From a virus (Duplodnaviria; Caudoviricetes): 64,000 bases of DNA. The translations under genes were made by a program, and so were the position numbers. Shown here in pieces: positions 20,541 through 30,532 of the stretch. The first letter of the stretch is position 1. Every line of letters begins with the position of its first letter. Location of the stretch: the IMG/VR virus record IMGVR_UViG_3300005512_000001, positions 64,001-128,000 of that record; one strand, 5' to 3'. The notes beneath the pieces were generated by a model. It saw only the letters and a list, made by a program, of their open reading frames with translations. It made no database searches and was not told the origin of the DNA.

Positions 20541-21470
20541 ATGAAATTCCAAACATTCTCCGCAGTCGTCGGCAATAAAGCCTGTAATGGGAAATGCGAT
20601 TTCTGTGTCGCCAAAATGACAGCGGTCGGCTCGGCCCTGACCCATAATTTCAATTGTAAAAATCTGGAAGTCGCATGCAGATTGGCTGAGAAGGGTGGAG
20701 TTACCACTGGCTTACTGACCGGCAAGGGGGAACCTACGTTGTTCCCTAGTGTGATTACCACATACCTACAAACTATGTCCAGATATTTTCCTCTAATTGA
20801 GCTCCAAACCAATGGGTTGATATTCACACCAATGATTGGACAACGATATGGCACCAAAAAGGTCGAAACAGATGCTGATATCCAACTCTTGACGGGTAGA
20901 TGGAGAGACTATTTAGAGGAGTGGAATGACCAAGGGCTAACAACTGTGTCGCTGTCGATTGCCCACTATGAAAACAACCGCAACCGCGAAATTTATTGTG
21001 ATAGCAACGGCGAGTTCCGATTTGAATACCCCGACCTCGCAACTACTATCAAATTTTTGCATAATATTGGGTTGTCGGTGAGGTTAAGTTGCATTGGACT
21101 TCGGGATTACATTGATGACGACCTGCGACTTCGGAGTTTAATTAGATTCGCTAAGAATTGTAAGGTGGAGCAACTCACATGGCGACCAGTTACCACGCCC
21201 GAATATGTTGGCGAAGACGATGCGGAATGGGTTAAGCGGCTTAGTTGTGACCCACTAAAGACACAATTTCTTACAGAATATGTGCGGAAGAACGGCACAT
21301 TGTTGTTAAGGCTCCCACATGGTGCTGAGGTATTTGATATACAAGGGCAAAATCTTTGCTTGTCCAACTGCCTCACGCGTCAACCCGATACCGACGTGGT
21401 TAGGCAATTAATTTATATGGACGGGCATCTTTACTACGACTGGTGTTATGAAGGAGCGATAATACTGTGA
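20541..21470 (+). CDS. radical SAM protein
   Basis: CNGKCDFC (CxxxCxxC), TGKGEP, QTNG motifs. Confidence 0.9.
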   Translation: MKFQTFSAVVGNKACNGKCDFCVAKMTAVGSALTHNFNCKNLEVACRLAEKGGVTTGLLTGKGEPTLFPSVITTYLQTMSRYFPLIELQTNGLIFTPMIGQRYGTKKVETDADIQLLTGRWRDYLEEWNDQGLTTVSLSIAHYENNRNREIYCDSNGEFRFEYPDLATTIKFLHNIGLSVRLSCIGLRDYIDDDLRLRSLIRFAKNCKVEQLTWRPVTTPEYVGEDDAEWVKRLSCDPLKTQFLTEYVRKNGTLLLRLPHGAEVFDIQGQNLCLSNCLTRQPDTDVVRQLIYMDGHLYYDWCYEGAIIL

Positions 21471-21962
21471 AAAGTCCTGTAACTGAAGAAATCTATGGTG
21501 CCAAAGATTTAGAGCCGATGATTTCTGATGTGCTGACATTCAAACCTGAGGACCAAGGAATGGGTGCGTATGAATATGCGGGGGCAACAGGAGTGGATGT
21601 TTACGTTGTTATGGTTATACAGGAGCCATATGTGTATGTGGATATTACCAAAACCGAAGACCATGAACTGCCAAATAGCATTAAAGGCCGGTTGTGGTCT
21701 AAATCTGGACTAATAGAATTTACCGCCACATTGTACGATGAACCGTTCCAGCAAGGCGATAAACTACTGCAAACATATGAGATATCACAATGAAGAAATT
21801 GCTCTTATCTGCTACCGCCATGGTAGTAGCGATTATATTGGTTGTCCCATGCCGTGGGGTAGAGTTTACGGTGGTCACCTCTGCTCGCATGTATGTCGGT
21901 GCTGCATTAGCGGCCACTAGTGGTATTTTCCTCGGAATAGTCCTGAAGATAAAGGCATAATT

Positions 21963-22406
21963 ATGGATTTCAAAGGTTTGCTTGGGGCACCTGTACGCCC
22001 GCTGACGCAAGATGAATCGAAAATGTTCATCGCTACCAGCATGAAGGAAAGCCAGGTATCGTTCGAAGAAACAGATGCGATGGCAGCATCTTCCTTGCAG
22101 TATCGCATTATACGTACTCGAATGATGAACATGGCTGACCGCATAACCCCGGCTCTTGCGGTGTTTGTTGCGTCTATCTGCGACAGGCCAGGCAATGCAG
22201 TTATGTGGGCATATACATTGTGTTGCATGGCTGCTAAAAAGCCCGATAAGGAGGCTGTCGATATAATGGATTGGACAATGGAATTTCCAACTGGGGTGCC
22301 GACAGATGAAGCCTATCGTGCCGTATGGGAATCCCAAAAGGGCCACAATATAGGCGAAAAATTCGATAACTGGTTAGACAACTCAGAGAATTGGCCCCAG
22401 GATTAA
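21963..22406 (+). CDS. hypothetical protein
   Basis: 147 aa ORF in operon. Confidence 0.6.
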   Translation: MDFKGLLGAPVRPLTQDESKMFIATSMKESQVSFEETDAMAASSLQYRIIRTRMMNMADRITPALAVFVASICDRPGNAVMWAYTLCCMAAKKPDKEAVDIMDWTMEFPTGVPTDEAYRAVWESQKGHNIGEKFDNWLDNSENWPQD

Positions 22407-22409
22407 TAA

Positions 22410-22438
22410 TTTCTTCAGCCCGATCGGCGCGACACCAA
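22410..22438 (+). promoter_or_regulatory. C-for-T sigma70-like promoter
   Basis: TTTCTT-N17-CACCAA with CGCGA extended -10. Confidence 0.6.
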
Positions 22439-22460
22439 AAATTGGTCGAGGAGAAGCAAC

Positions 22461-22631
22461 ATGGCAACAAGTGAAGTGGAAATGATGCTGACCGAAGCAC
22501 AACGCGAAGACATGGACCGAATGATATATGAAGCCGAGCAAAATGAACAACGTTGCTTGTTAGATGACCCAGACTATCTGAGATGGCTGGAGGCAAAAGC
22601 CAATGAACACGGACATGGGGCGGACAGTTAA
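22461..22631 (+). CDS. small acidic protein (56 aa, absent from ORF track)
   Basis: GAGGAG RBS; MATSEVEMMLTEAQREDMD...; directly after promoter motif. Confidence 0.6.
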   Translation: MATSEVEMMLTEAQREDMDRMIYEAEQNEQRCLLDDPDYLRWLEAKANEHGHGADS

Positions 22632-22859
22632 TATAGTAGTTAAGGATGGTTGGACGATCGACGGCCTGCGGAAAGCCATTGCAACCACGCTTAAACGAAT
22701 GACACCCATAGATGGGGTGATCGTTGATTACTCCAGCTGGATAGGTGAATTCCCAGGTGAAATAATCTTGGACCATTGCATGTTGGTTCATGACCTCGAT
22801 ATAAGCAGAAAGTTGATGGTCAAACACGGTCGGTGTATGGAATTCTATAAGGTAAACAC

Positions 22860-23489
22860 ATGATTTTTGTCTTAGAAGACAGCCCCGATAGACTGAAGTG
22901 GTTTAAGCGGCACTGGTCCAATTTAGTACATGCCGACACTCCATTTGCGGGCCTGGAATTGCTCCAAAAACATGATGATTTGGAGATGATTTTCCTGGAC
23001 CACGACCTTGGTGGCCCATTCCAAAGAGGTCCGCATGGCGACGGCATTGATTTAGTCGACCTGATGGTGAAGGAGAAATTACATGTCGATACTCCAATTG
23101 TTGTACATTCTCTAAACCCAGGCGGCGCACAAACCATGGTCAGTACGTTGAGGAAAACGCATTCAGACGTTCGGCGAATTCCATTTTATCTTGTACGCAA
23201 TATGGTAGACGCTGGGGTGGACGACACAAAAGTACGAGAACTCAAACGCAACGCAGTAGACACAATATGCGGCATGGGATTTCCATTATATCATATGACA
23301 GAAGAAGCAGATGGCTATAGGGTGTACATCATTAGAGGCAAGGACGATGTAGAAGGTCGTCACTACGCCCAAGATTGCCCATCTTCATTGATAGATATGA
23401 GCTTGACAGTGTTAGCAGAAATCATTGAGTCTTCTCAACACGAATTTGATGTGCCAATACATCAAAAACGTTTCTTTGGATTGCAATAA
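22860..23489 (+). CDS. cyclic-phosphate-processing receiver-like domain protein
   Basis: IFVLED, FLDHDLG, G.D, VHSLNP.G motifs. Confidence 0.75.
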   Translation: MIFVLEDSPDRLKWFKRHWSNLVHADTPFAGLELLQKHDDLEMIFLDHDLGGPFQRGPHGDGIDLVDLMVKEKLHVDTPIVVHSLNPGGAQTMVSTLRKTHSDVRRIPFYLVRNMVDAGVDDTKVRELKRNAVDTICGMGFPLYHMTEEADGYRVYIIRGKDDVEGRHYAQDCPSSLIDMSLTVLAEIIESSQHEFDVPIHQKRFFGLQ

Positions 23490-24086
23490 TGTCTTTTATT
23501 AAAAAATTATTAGGGCCTATCAAGCGGCTATACCCCAACACCGAGTACGGGTATAATAGTGCGCCACCAGACTTGGACAACCCATGCGATATCATCGTTC
23601 GCCCATTTACTTCTGATGATGATGTATTCTCTATTATGGCAGATGGTAATAAGTATCTCATATGCCATATAAGGAATGCTGATTCGGAGACGTTCAAAAC
23701 TGTTGCAGAGACTTTGGGCGAGTGGAGATTCGAATCGTTAGAACAGGTTTTGACTACTTTGCGGGAAGCTATAGAAACAATCAAATCAAGTAACAGGGAA
23801 TTTTTTGCGGATTGCGATGGACTACCAATATTCTCAGCCGCATGGAAAGAAGAAATGGGTATCTCATAAGGATAGCAAGGATGCGAAGAGCAAGAATTGC
23901 AAGACGAAATATTCCAGGGCAGATGTTTTTGTCTTTTGATTTGCCGCCAAGGCGGAAACACAAAGTTAGTTACAAGGATTTCGACCCCTCCAAACATACA
24001 GTTGGTGATTTGGATTTAAGGACATTACCCAGGAAAGCGTACACCCAGCATGTAGTATCGTGTATGCAAACAGTAGGAGCGAGACA

Positions 24087-24701
24087 ATGAGATTCTTAAG
24101 TAGTAGATGGATGTTGTTATTTATTTTGGTTCTGGCTATCCCAATTTGTGCCAGTGCTGTGGATAGTGTTGTAAACATTTACCAATCCCCAGCCTTGAAA
24201 CAGCAGAAAACTCGGTTCGATAGAACAGAAGCCGCTGCCAAGGCCAGAATGGATTCTTCGATTACTTTAGTGAAGTTTGCGTACGACCGAGAGACCAAAA
24301 CTGCTAGAGAGGAATTAGTTAAAACCTTAAAGGCTGCTACGGATGATGCCACTAAGTCCGGTAACCTCGACCTCGCAATCGCATTAAGAGCTGAGTATAG
24401 GAAGATTGAGGCTGGCGGCACCACGAAGGCCGAGCCTAAAGATGATAGTAAGAAGATTAATACCTCTATTACCTATGAGGATGTGGATAAGTTAGCTGTA
24501 ACTATTCATCCAGATGGAACTGGCAAAGTAGGAAAGCCCGGCACCACGACGTACAGAGGGAATTGGGCTATGAAAGAGGTGATGCTGTTCGAAACAATGA
24601 TACGGTCCCAGCCAGTTGTCTACATTGTTGTTCCAACAACCAAAGGGTTGCGGCTTGGTAAAACCACACCGTTGCCAGTAAAAGTTTCGTCGGCGAAATA
24701 A
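24087..24701 (+). CDS. secreted helical protein
   Basis: AGGAG RBS, signal peptide, TKSGNLDLAIALRAE motif. Confidence 0.65.
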   Translation: MRFLSSRWMLLFILVLAIPICASAVDSVVNIYQSPALKQQKTRFDRTEAAAKARMDSSITLVKFAYDRETKTAREELVKTLKAATDDATKSGNLDLAIALRAEYRKIEAGGTTKAEPKDDSKKINTSITYEDVDKLAVTIHPDGTGKVGKPGTTTYRGNWAMKEVMLFETMIRSQPVVYIVVPTTKGLRLGKTTPLPVKVSSAK

Positions 24702-24708
24702 GGCTCAC

Positions 24709-24840
24709 AGGGGCGAAAGGTTTCGATCGGCTATGCAGCAAGCATCTGACGTGGTAGTCAAGGCGGGTAAATGCCCAAGCAAAGACCGCCGGTGCCCAAG
24801 TACATAGCACGAGACGAGAGTTCGATTCTCTCCGCCTCTA
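24709..24840 (+). ncRNA. ssrA: minimal tmRNA-like RNA (tRNA-like domain only)
   Basis: acceptor AGGGGCG/CGCCTCT with G3.U70 and discriminator A; stemless D-loop ending TTCGA; helix TCG-GCTATG/CATAGC-A-CGA; GAC linker; T-arm GAGAG-TTCGATT-CTCTC; no encoded CCA. Confidence 0.8.
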
Positions 24841-25259
24841 TTATGCGAATTAGAAAAGTAAAATGGCGAGGTTACACCTACTACATCCAGGGACGCGTAT
24901 TCTCTATGGATAAAGGTAGAATCATGCTTCGTAGCCGCGACGGGGAGCCAAATAAAATGGTTTCCAAGAGTGAAGTCGAAGAGGTGCAACCTACAGAGGA
25001 GGTTGATATCTCATGACTAGACGCGAAAAACTCAAGAAATATGGTTTGCCAGGCTCTGTAATTGCTGGCTCAGCCTATTTCCGGCAGTATTGTAGGTATT
25101 GCAATGAACCAATGCGTGCTGACTCAGATGACCCAACTTTGGATTATCAGTGTGACAAGTGCAGTGGGGTGCGTAAAATGCTGACTCCTGGCGGTCACGC
25201 CGGGCCACTAGATTCTGATTCTGGCGGATATCAAGCAAATGCCCGAAAGGCTTTAGAAG

Positions 25260-25526
25260 ATGGATAGGCCCAAATTAACCGAATCTGAATTCGCCGAAAC
25301 AGTTGATGCAACCATCCAAGCATTTCGTACGAAGCTAGATGGGAAAGGTTGGCATATTTCTGTTTCGCCGCATGAAATTCTCGGCCTTACTAGTGAAGAA
25401 TTTCATGAATTTGCAGCTGCTGTCCACGACAATAACCATACACAAATGAAATCGGAATTGGAGGATATAGCAGTGGCTTGTCTGTTAGGCATTGCAAGCA
25501 TCAACTCCAGAAAGATGGATTGGTAA
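25260..25526 (+). CDS. MazG-like all-alpha NTP pyrophosphohydrolase
   Basis: SPHEILG...EEFHE...ELEDIAV (EExxE...ExxD). Confidence 0.6.
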   Translation: MDRPKLTESEFAETVDATIQAFRTKLDGKGWHISVSPHEILGLTSEEFHEFAAAVHDNNHTQMKSELEDIAVACLLGIASINSRKMDW

Positions 25527-25856
25527 TGCATTCGGAAGATATAAATCGAGTACTACTTGATGCTGCGATTGTTGATGATACCTTAAAATTCATTAAAAAT
25601 AGGGATTTAGAGAAGATAGCCCGGATTGAGAGTGGCGGACTTGTAATTCTCTTGGCTGCCACACCGTCGATGGCTAAATGGTCTAAACCCGGCGTAACAC
25701 CGCGTTTTCTAGCATGTTGTGCAGCATTTTTTGATAGCTCCACATTACTTGCCGAAGTTAGAGCCGATGGGTTTTATAGTGGCGATAAGAAGTTAAAAGT
25801 TAAAAATTCGGACGCGCTACTCAAACTCTGCATTATTAAGATTAGGGAGCTAGTCG

Positions 25857-26426
25857 GTGAGGATAAACGGGATTAAACAAATAACAGAGAAGCCCTTTCT
25901 CAATTTATTTGAGACGACGTACACCGACGGCGGCGGCAAAAAAAGAAAATGGATATATGCATCCAGAAACTCTATTTTATCTGAATCGCCCACTACGAAT
26001 GCTGTTGTTATAATCCCCACTCATATAAGCACAGATGGGACAAGAAGACTCGTATTAATTAGCGAATTTCGCGTTCCAATCAGAGGATTTGAGTTAGGAT
26101 TCCCAGCTGGGCTAATTGAGGACAGCTATACGCCAGAAGAAACCGCCAAAATCGAATTGCACCAGGAAACTGGTCTAACCGTTACTAAGGTCATTAAAAC
26201 AAGCCCGCCTGTGTATAGCTCGGCTGGCATGACTGATGAATCAACGATACTCGTGTTTGTAGAATGTACCGGCACGTTATCCACAGACCACTTAGAAGAA
26301 ACAGAGCAGATTAAACCTATGCTCGTTGACTTTGAAGGTCTAAAAATCGTATACCATTCTGATGTGAATTTTGGTGCCAAGTGCTGGCCAATTATTGATG
26401 CCATAATCGACCGTGGTGCAATCTAA
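25857..26426 (+). CDS. Nudix hydrolase, ADP-ribose pyrophosphatase-like
   Basis: EFRVP, PAGLIE...A..EL.QETG Nudix box, SSAGMTDE. Confidence 0.85.
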   Translation: MRINGIKQITEKPFLNLFETTYTDGGGKKRKWIYASRNSILSESPTTNAVVIIPTHISTDGTRRLVLISEFRVPIRGFELGFPAGLIEDSYTPEETAKIELHQETGLTVTKVIKTSPPVYSSAGMTDESTILVFVECTGTLSTDHLEETEQIKPMLVDFEGLKIVYHSDVNFGAKCWPIIDAIIDRGAI

Positions 26427-26654
26427 TGCCTATCACGCTCGGCAAGCCAATCCAGACTAAAGCCTTTCGCAGCCCTACGCTCATGTTTATCAATATGCTT
26501 GGGATGCAGGGCCTATCTCCCATCTGCCGTCGTATTTTATACAAGAGGCGGGTCGATTAATAAGAAAATTCGAGTCGAAAAAGACTAAATTTCTTACGCG
26601 TTGCTGGCGCTTCGCCGAGGTCCACACGCGACAGAGAGCAAAGGAGTCAGACAA

Positions 26655-27317
26655 ATGGGAAAGCCAATTATCAAGGTTAACGCTGAACTGAATGTAGACG
26701 ATGTGGTGTCTGTGAAGCTTAGCTCGATTGAGACCAAGCTTCACGATGAAGATACCAGATTGGCTTCCGCAATCAAAGATGCGCGGGGGAAAACTGACGA
26801 GGCTAAGAAACAGGTTAAGGTGGCTGCTCAAGATGCGGCTGAAAACGCCCTATCCGACCACGCCCGCACCATTCTTGATGCTTTCAACACCATCAGTCCC
26901 GAATCCAAAATCAATATTTCAGGATTCTACGAAGGCGGCAAGATACATGCCAAATTCTTAGTTGAAACCGGGAGACGCGGCAATCGCAATTACATCGGGA
27001 GCAATGGCAATGCAGTTGATGGTTATATATCGTACAATATAGCCATTGCAAGCACCGATGCGGTGCTTGCTGCGTTGCAGCGGGTGAATGAGCTAGAAAA
27101 GAGTTTGGCCGCATTACAAAGCCAAGCTGTTGAGATTAAGAAGGCTCTATCTAATATGGGCATGTATGAGCGTCAGATTCGTGCTCATCTGGCGAGATGG
27201 CGGCTTTCCGAAACAACTGATGGTCGTCAAATCATAAGTAAACTGGACGACTTCGAAGTCCCCGGACTTCTGCCCATCATCCCCGCGAATTGCCGACCAA
27301 CGGTGGTTAATGGTTGA
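26655..27317 (+). CDS. coiled-coil hypothetical protein
   Basis: AAGGAG RBS; two heptad-rich segments. Confidence 0.7.
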   Translation: MGKPIIKVNAELNVDDVVSVKLSSIETKLHDEDTRLASAIKDARGKTDEAKKQVKVAAQDAAENALSDHARTILDAFNTISPESKINISGFYEGGKIHAKFLVETGRRGNRNYIGSNGNAVDGYISYNIAIASTDAVLAALQRVNELEKSLAALQSQAVEIKKALSNMGMYERQIRAHLARWRLSETTDGRQIISKLDDFEVPGLLPIIPANCRPTVVNG

Positions 27318-27433
27318 TAGTAAAGGCTAGGCCAAGTTCTCTATCGAGCTTACGGAAGTATGCTCTGCCAAGGCTAAAAGAACCTGCCCGAAAAACTTGC
27401 CATAGCAAGCTTGCCTTTACTATCAACCATTAA
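27307..27433 (+). ncRNA. candidate structured RNA closed by a 21-bp stem
   Basis: TTAATGGTTGATAGTAAAGGC / GCCTTTACTATCAACCATTAA enclosing smaller hairpins. Confidence 0.45.
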
Positions 27434-27709
27434 TTACGCTTAAAGAGCTTGAGGCTGCGGGCTTCGAGCACAGAACTAGACGATTTGATATAGGATTCGA
27501 AAAATGAAATCATTCAAAAGTAAAAAGGGTAAGGAAACCCCGAAAGTTATCCATGACGCCATGGAAGGCACAATCGGTAAGCTTATCGCCACAATCGCAC
27601 ACAACAACAATACGGATCGGTATGATTTCAGGATTGACAGCAGGTTGAACTTGTCGGGAAGCCACGCTGACTGCCTGCACCGAGCCAATGAACATGAGGT
27701 AGTCTGGAG

Positions 27710-28075
27710 TTGAAGTACGTCGACCTGAGAGAAATCGTAAAGCAGTTGCACAACAGAGGTATGAGTATAGATGAGATTGCGGAGCAAGCAGAACTTGCCC
27801 CGAAAGATATCAAGGTCATGATTAACAAAGGTAAAAAGTTGATTAGGGCCAAAATTGAGTCAGCCACTCGGCTTCTGCGGCCCACCTATAGGGCTATGAC
27901 ACAACAAGATGAAACAGTTGTGCTATTGAGCGATCGGGATAGGGGCAAATTCCTGGATTGTATGGAGAATCCGCCCGAACCAAATGATAAGCTACTTCGG
28001 GCCGCTAAGAGCCATGAATCACGAACTACAGAAAGCAGCAGTACTGGACAGCCTACTCCGCCAAGCTGGGGCTAG
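27710..28075 (+). CDS. HTH protein with DUF1778 (TacA antitoxin-like) C-terminal motif
   Basis: GMSIDEIAE HTH; LSDRDRGKFLDCMENPPEPNDKLLRAA. Confidence 0.55.
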   Translation: MKYVDLREIVKQLHNRGMSIDEIAEQAELAPKDIKVMINKGKKLIRAKIESATRLLRPTYRAMTQQDETVVLLSDRDRGKFLDCMENPPEPNDKLLRAAKSHESRTTESSSTGQPTPPSWG

Positions 28076-29396
28076 GGAATGTCTAATCGTGGGGGGCTTT
28101 GTTCGCGACCGTCTTATGGGAATCCCATGTGCTGACGTAGATATGGAAGTCTATGGTCTCAACTACTCCCAAATCGTTAATGCCATTTCAAATGCTGGGT
28201 TCTCCACTGACCTAGTAGGAAAGGCGTTCGGGATTGTTAAAGTCGATAACTATATCGATGTTAGTGTCCCACGACGGGAGAACAAGCGTGGGGTCGGGCA
28301 TAAAGACTTTGAGATAAACCACGACCCGAACATGACCGCAAGAGAAGCGGCTGCTCGTCGGGATTTCACCATTAATAGTATAGCTATGACTATTAATGGT
28401 GAAATCATAGACCCATTTGGCGGTGAAGCTGACTTACGCGCTGGCATCTTAAAAGCCACCAGTAATGCATTTTCTGAAGACCCACTACGGGTTCTGCGGG
28501 GGATGCAGTTTGCTGGTAGGTTTGGGTTCGTCATGGACGCCAAAACTATCAGAATGTCTGTGGCAATGAAAGATGAATACAAGCACCTCCCCAAAGAACG
28601 AGTATTCAGCGAGTGGCATAAATGGGCTGTAAAATCTAGGTATCCTAGCAAGGCACTTGCTCTATTGCTTGAGACCCGGTGGGTTGAAAATTTCCCAGAA
28701 TTAAACCGGCTGGTGGGTTTGGAGCAGGAAAAGGAGTGGCATCCAGAGGGGGATGTCTATAGTCATACAGGTTGTGCACTAGATGCGGCCATAGGCATCT
28801 GCAATAGGCGAGGATTTACCTCTGAGCAACGAGAGGCTGTTATGTTTGGGGTATTGGGTCATGATTTTGGGAAAGCAACCACTACCACCACGGTTATGAG
28901 GCATGGTATTGAGAGAATTATCTCTCATCGGCATGCAGCTGCAGGTCGGACCATGGTCCTCAACTTCATGGATTCCATTAAGTCACCCCTCAAGCTGCGG
29001 GAGATTGCCGCCATCCTGACTGCTGAGCATATGTCCCACATCAGTAGGCGCAAAGATAAACTTACGGAGCGTATGGTTCGCCGGTTAGCTGTTAGGCTGC
29101 ATCCAGCAACGATAGATTTATGGGCTGCAGTATGTGAGTCGGACGCCTCTGGTAGACACCCCTTACCCCCGACAAATCCAGTAGCCCAGTGGGAGGAGGC
29201 GGCTGTTAAGTTGTGCGTCCAAGCCAACCGACCCAAGCCAATCCTTATGGGTAGACACCTAATCACCGAAGGATACGAGCCTGGAGTAGAGATGGGAAAG
29301 TTGCTAGATGCTGCGTTTGAGGCACAATTAGATGGAGAGTTCATTGACTTGAACAGTGCTTTGGAGTTTGTACATAAACAGCAACAAAAAGATTGA
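28014..29396 (+). CDS. cca: CCA-adding tRNA nucleotidyltransferase with HD domain
   Basis: VGGFVRD, DVD, RRDFTINS, DPFGG, EDPLRVLR, HPEGDV..H, HDFGK. Confidence 0.92.
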   Translation: MNHELQKAAVLDSLLRQAGARECLIVGGFVRDRLMGIPCADVDMEVYGLNYSQIVNAISNAGFSTDLVGKAFGIVKVDNYIDVSVPRRENKRGVGHKDFEINHDPNMTAREAAARRDFTINSIAMTINGEIIDPFGGEADLRAGILKATSNAFSEDPLRVLRGMQFAGRFGFVMDAKTIRMSVAMKDEYKHLPKERVFSEWHKWAVKSRYPSKALALLLETRWVENFPELNRLVGLEQEKEWHPEGDVYSHTGCALDAAIGICNRRGFTSEQREAVMFGVLGHDFGKATTTTTVMRHGIERIISHRHAAAGRTMVLNFMDSIKSPLKLREIAAILTAEHMSHISRRKDKLTERMVRRLAVRLHPATIDLWAAVCESDASGRHPLPPTNPVAQWEEAAVKLCVQANRPKPILMGRHLITEGYEPGVEMGKLLDAAFEAQLDGEFIDLNSALEFVHKQQQKD

Positions 29397-30235
29397 GTAT
29401 AAAACCATTCGACCTAGCAAATACAACCACATTTTTGGAACATACAATGAGCCACATGGCCGCATTTAAGGTCGAGCATAGCGATGACTGCATCCAATGG
29501 GAAATTGCTAATACTGATGAAGAAATATTGCGACGGTCTGAAATTGAGACCCCAATATGGATTAATAGCGTAGACGATTTGGTCGCGGCAGTCTATGCAT
29601 ATGCACTAGAAAAGTATCCATCTGAGCCGGAAGTCCGTAAATACTCTATTATGAAATCTGGGCCGCTCTCTAAGACGATGTGGGTACAGCTCAATACTCT
29701 ATACCCCACTAAGGTTGCCGACAATACGCCCAGAGACAGGGTTTTGGAGCTTGCAAGGAAGTATAAACGCATCTCTCATATGGCGGATTGGACATGTGAA
29801 GGACCATTTGGCGTAATTGATGATGAATTTATCATCAATTACGCCATCGTTAGATATGACCCCAAAAGAGCCGCAGACATTAAATGCAAGGCTACCCGGA
29901 AGCTCAAAAATATAACACTCCGAGAGATGGAATCCTTTATTGCCAGACTTTATAGGGCTTTAAATGCGGCGTTTAGGGATAAGTGCCCATTTATGCATTT
30001 GTCGTTATCCGGGCGTACCGGCAACACAATTGAAAAACGTATGGCATGTATTTTATCTGCATGCAAACTCCATAAAGTAACAACAGGCAAAAAACATGAA
30101 CATGAGCATATCTATGCCAAAGAATGGTCAAAATATGCCAAGGGCTTATTAGCATCTGATTCGCCGACCAAAATAGAATTTGGCAAGTGGATTGTCCGAA
30201 ACAAGAGAAAACGAAATGAAAGTAAAACTATTTGA
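29393..30235 (+). CDS. hypothetical protein
   Basis: 280 aa ORF overlapping cca stop. Confidence 0.65.
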   Translation: MSIKPFDLANTTTFLEHTMSHMAAFKVEHSDDCIQWEIANTDEEILRRSEIETPIWINSVDDLVAAVYAYALEKYPSEPEVRKYSIMKSGPLSKTMWVQLNTLYPTKVADNTPRDRVLELARKYKRISHMADWTCEGPFGVIDDEFIINYAIVRYDPKRAADIKCKATRKLKNITLREMESFIARLYRALNAAFRDKCPFMHLSLSGRTGNTIEKRMACILSACKLHKVTTGKKHEHEHIYAKEWSKYAKGLLASDSPTKIEFGKWIVRNKRKRNESKTI

Positions 30236-30504
30236 CGATGAATTAGAATTCGCAGAGGCAATCGGCGGTAGAATTATGTCATACTCCGAATGGCCTGAGC
30301 ATCTCAGTGCTGTAGTCATTGATACAGCTGAGGAGATGGAATTTGAGTTGGAGCGGGGCGGTGATATGCGCGTCATCCAAATTGGCGATCGTAAACTTAT
30401 CTTGAGGGCCGACAATATAGATGGCCACGGAGCTTTAACCTGTGGTGAAATCATCGAGGGATAGGTTCAGGCAAATATGAAGCAATAAAGCAGGGACAAA
30501 TGAA

Positions 30505-30532
30505 TTTACAAAACGCGACAGCACGACACAAA
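30505..30532 (+). promoter_or_regulatory. C-for-T sigma70-like promoter (16-bp spacer)
   Basis: TTTACA-N16-CACAAA, T-free 30508-30536. Confidence 0.5.

Noticed and set aside
24771-24842. N-terminal part of ORF 24771..25016, or a tmRNA tag frame
   Set aside because: It overlaps the RNA's helix 2, T-arm and acceptor; the real start is more likely ATG 24843, and no tag-like peptide with a stop lies inside the RNA loop.
26590-26630. Additional C-type promoter before the 26655 gene
   Set aside because: Region is GC-rich and T-poor, but no CACnAn hexamer sits at 17 bp from either TTTCTT or TTGCTG; not counted.
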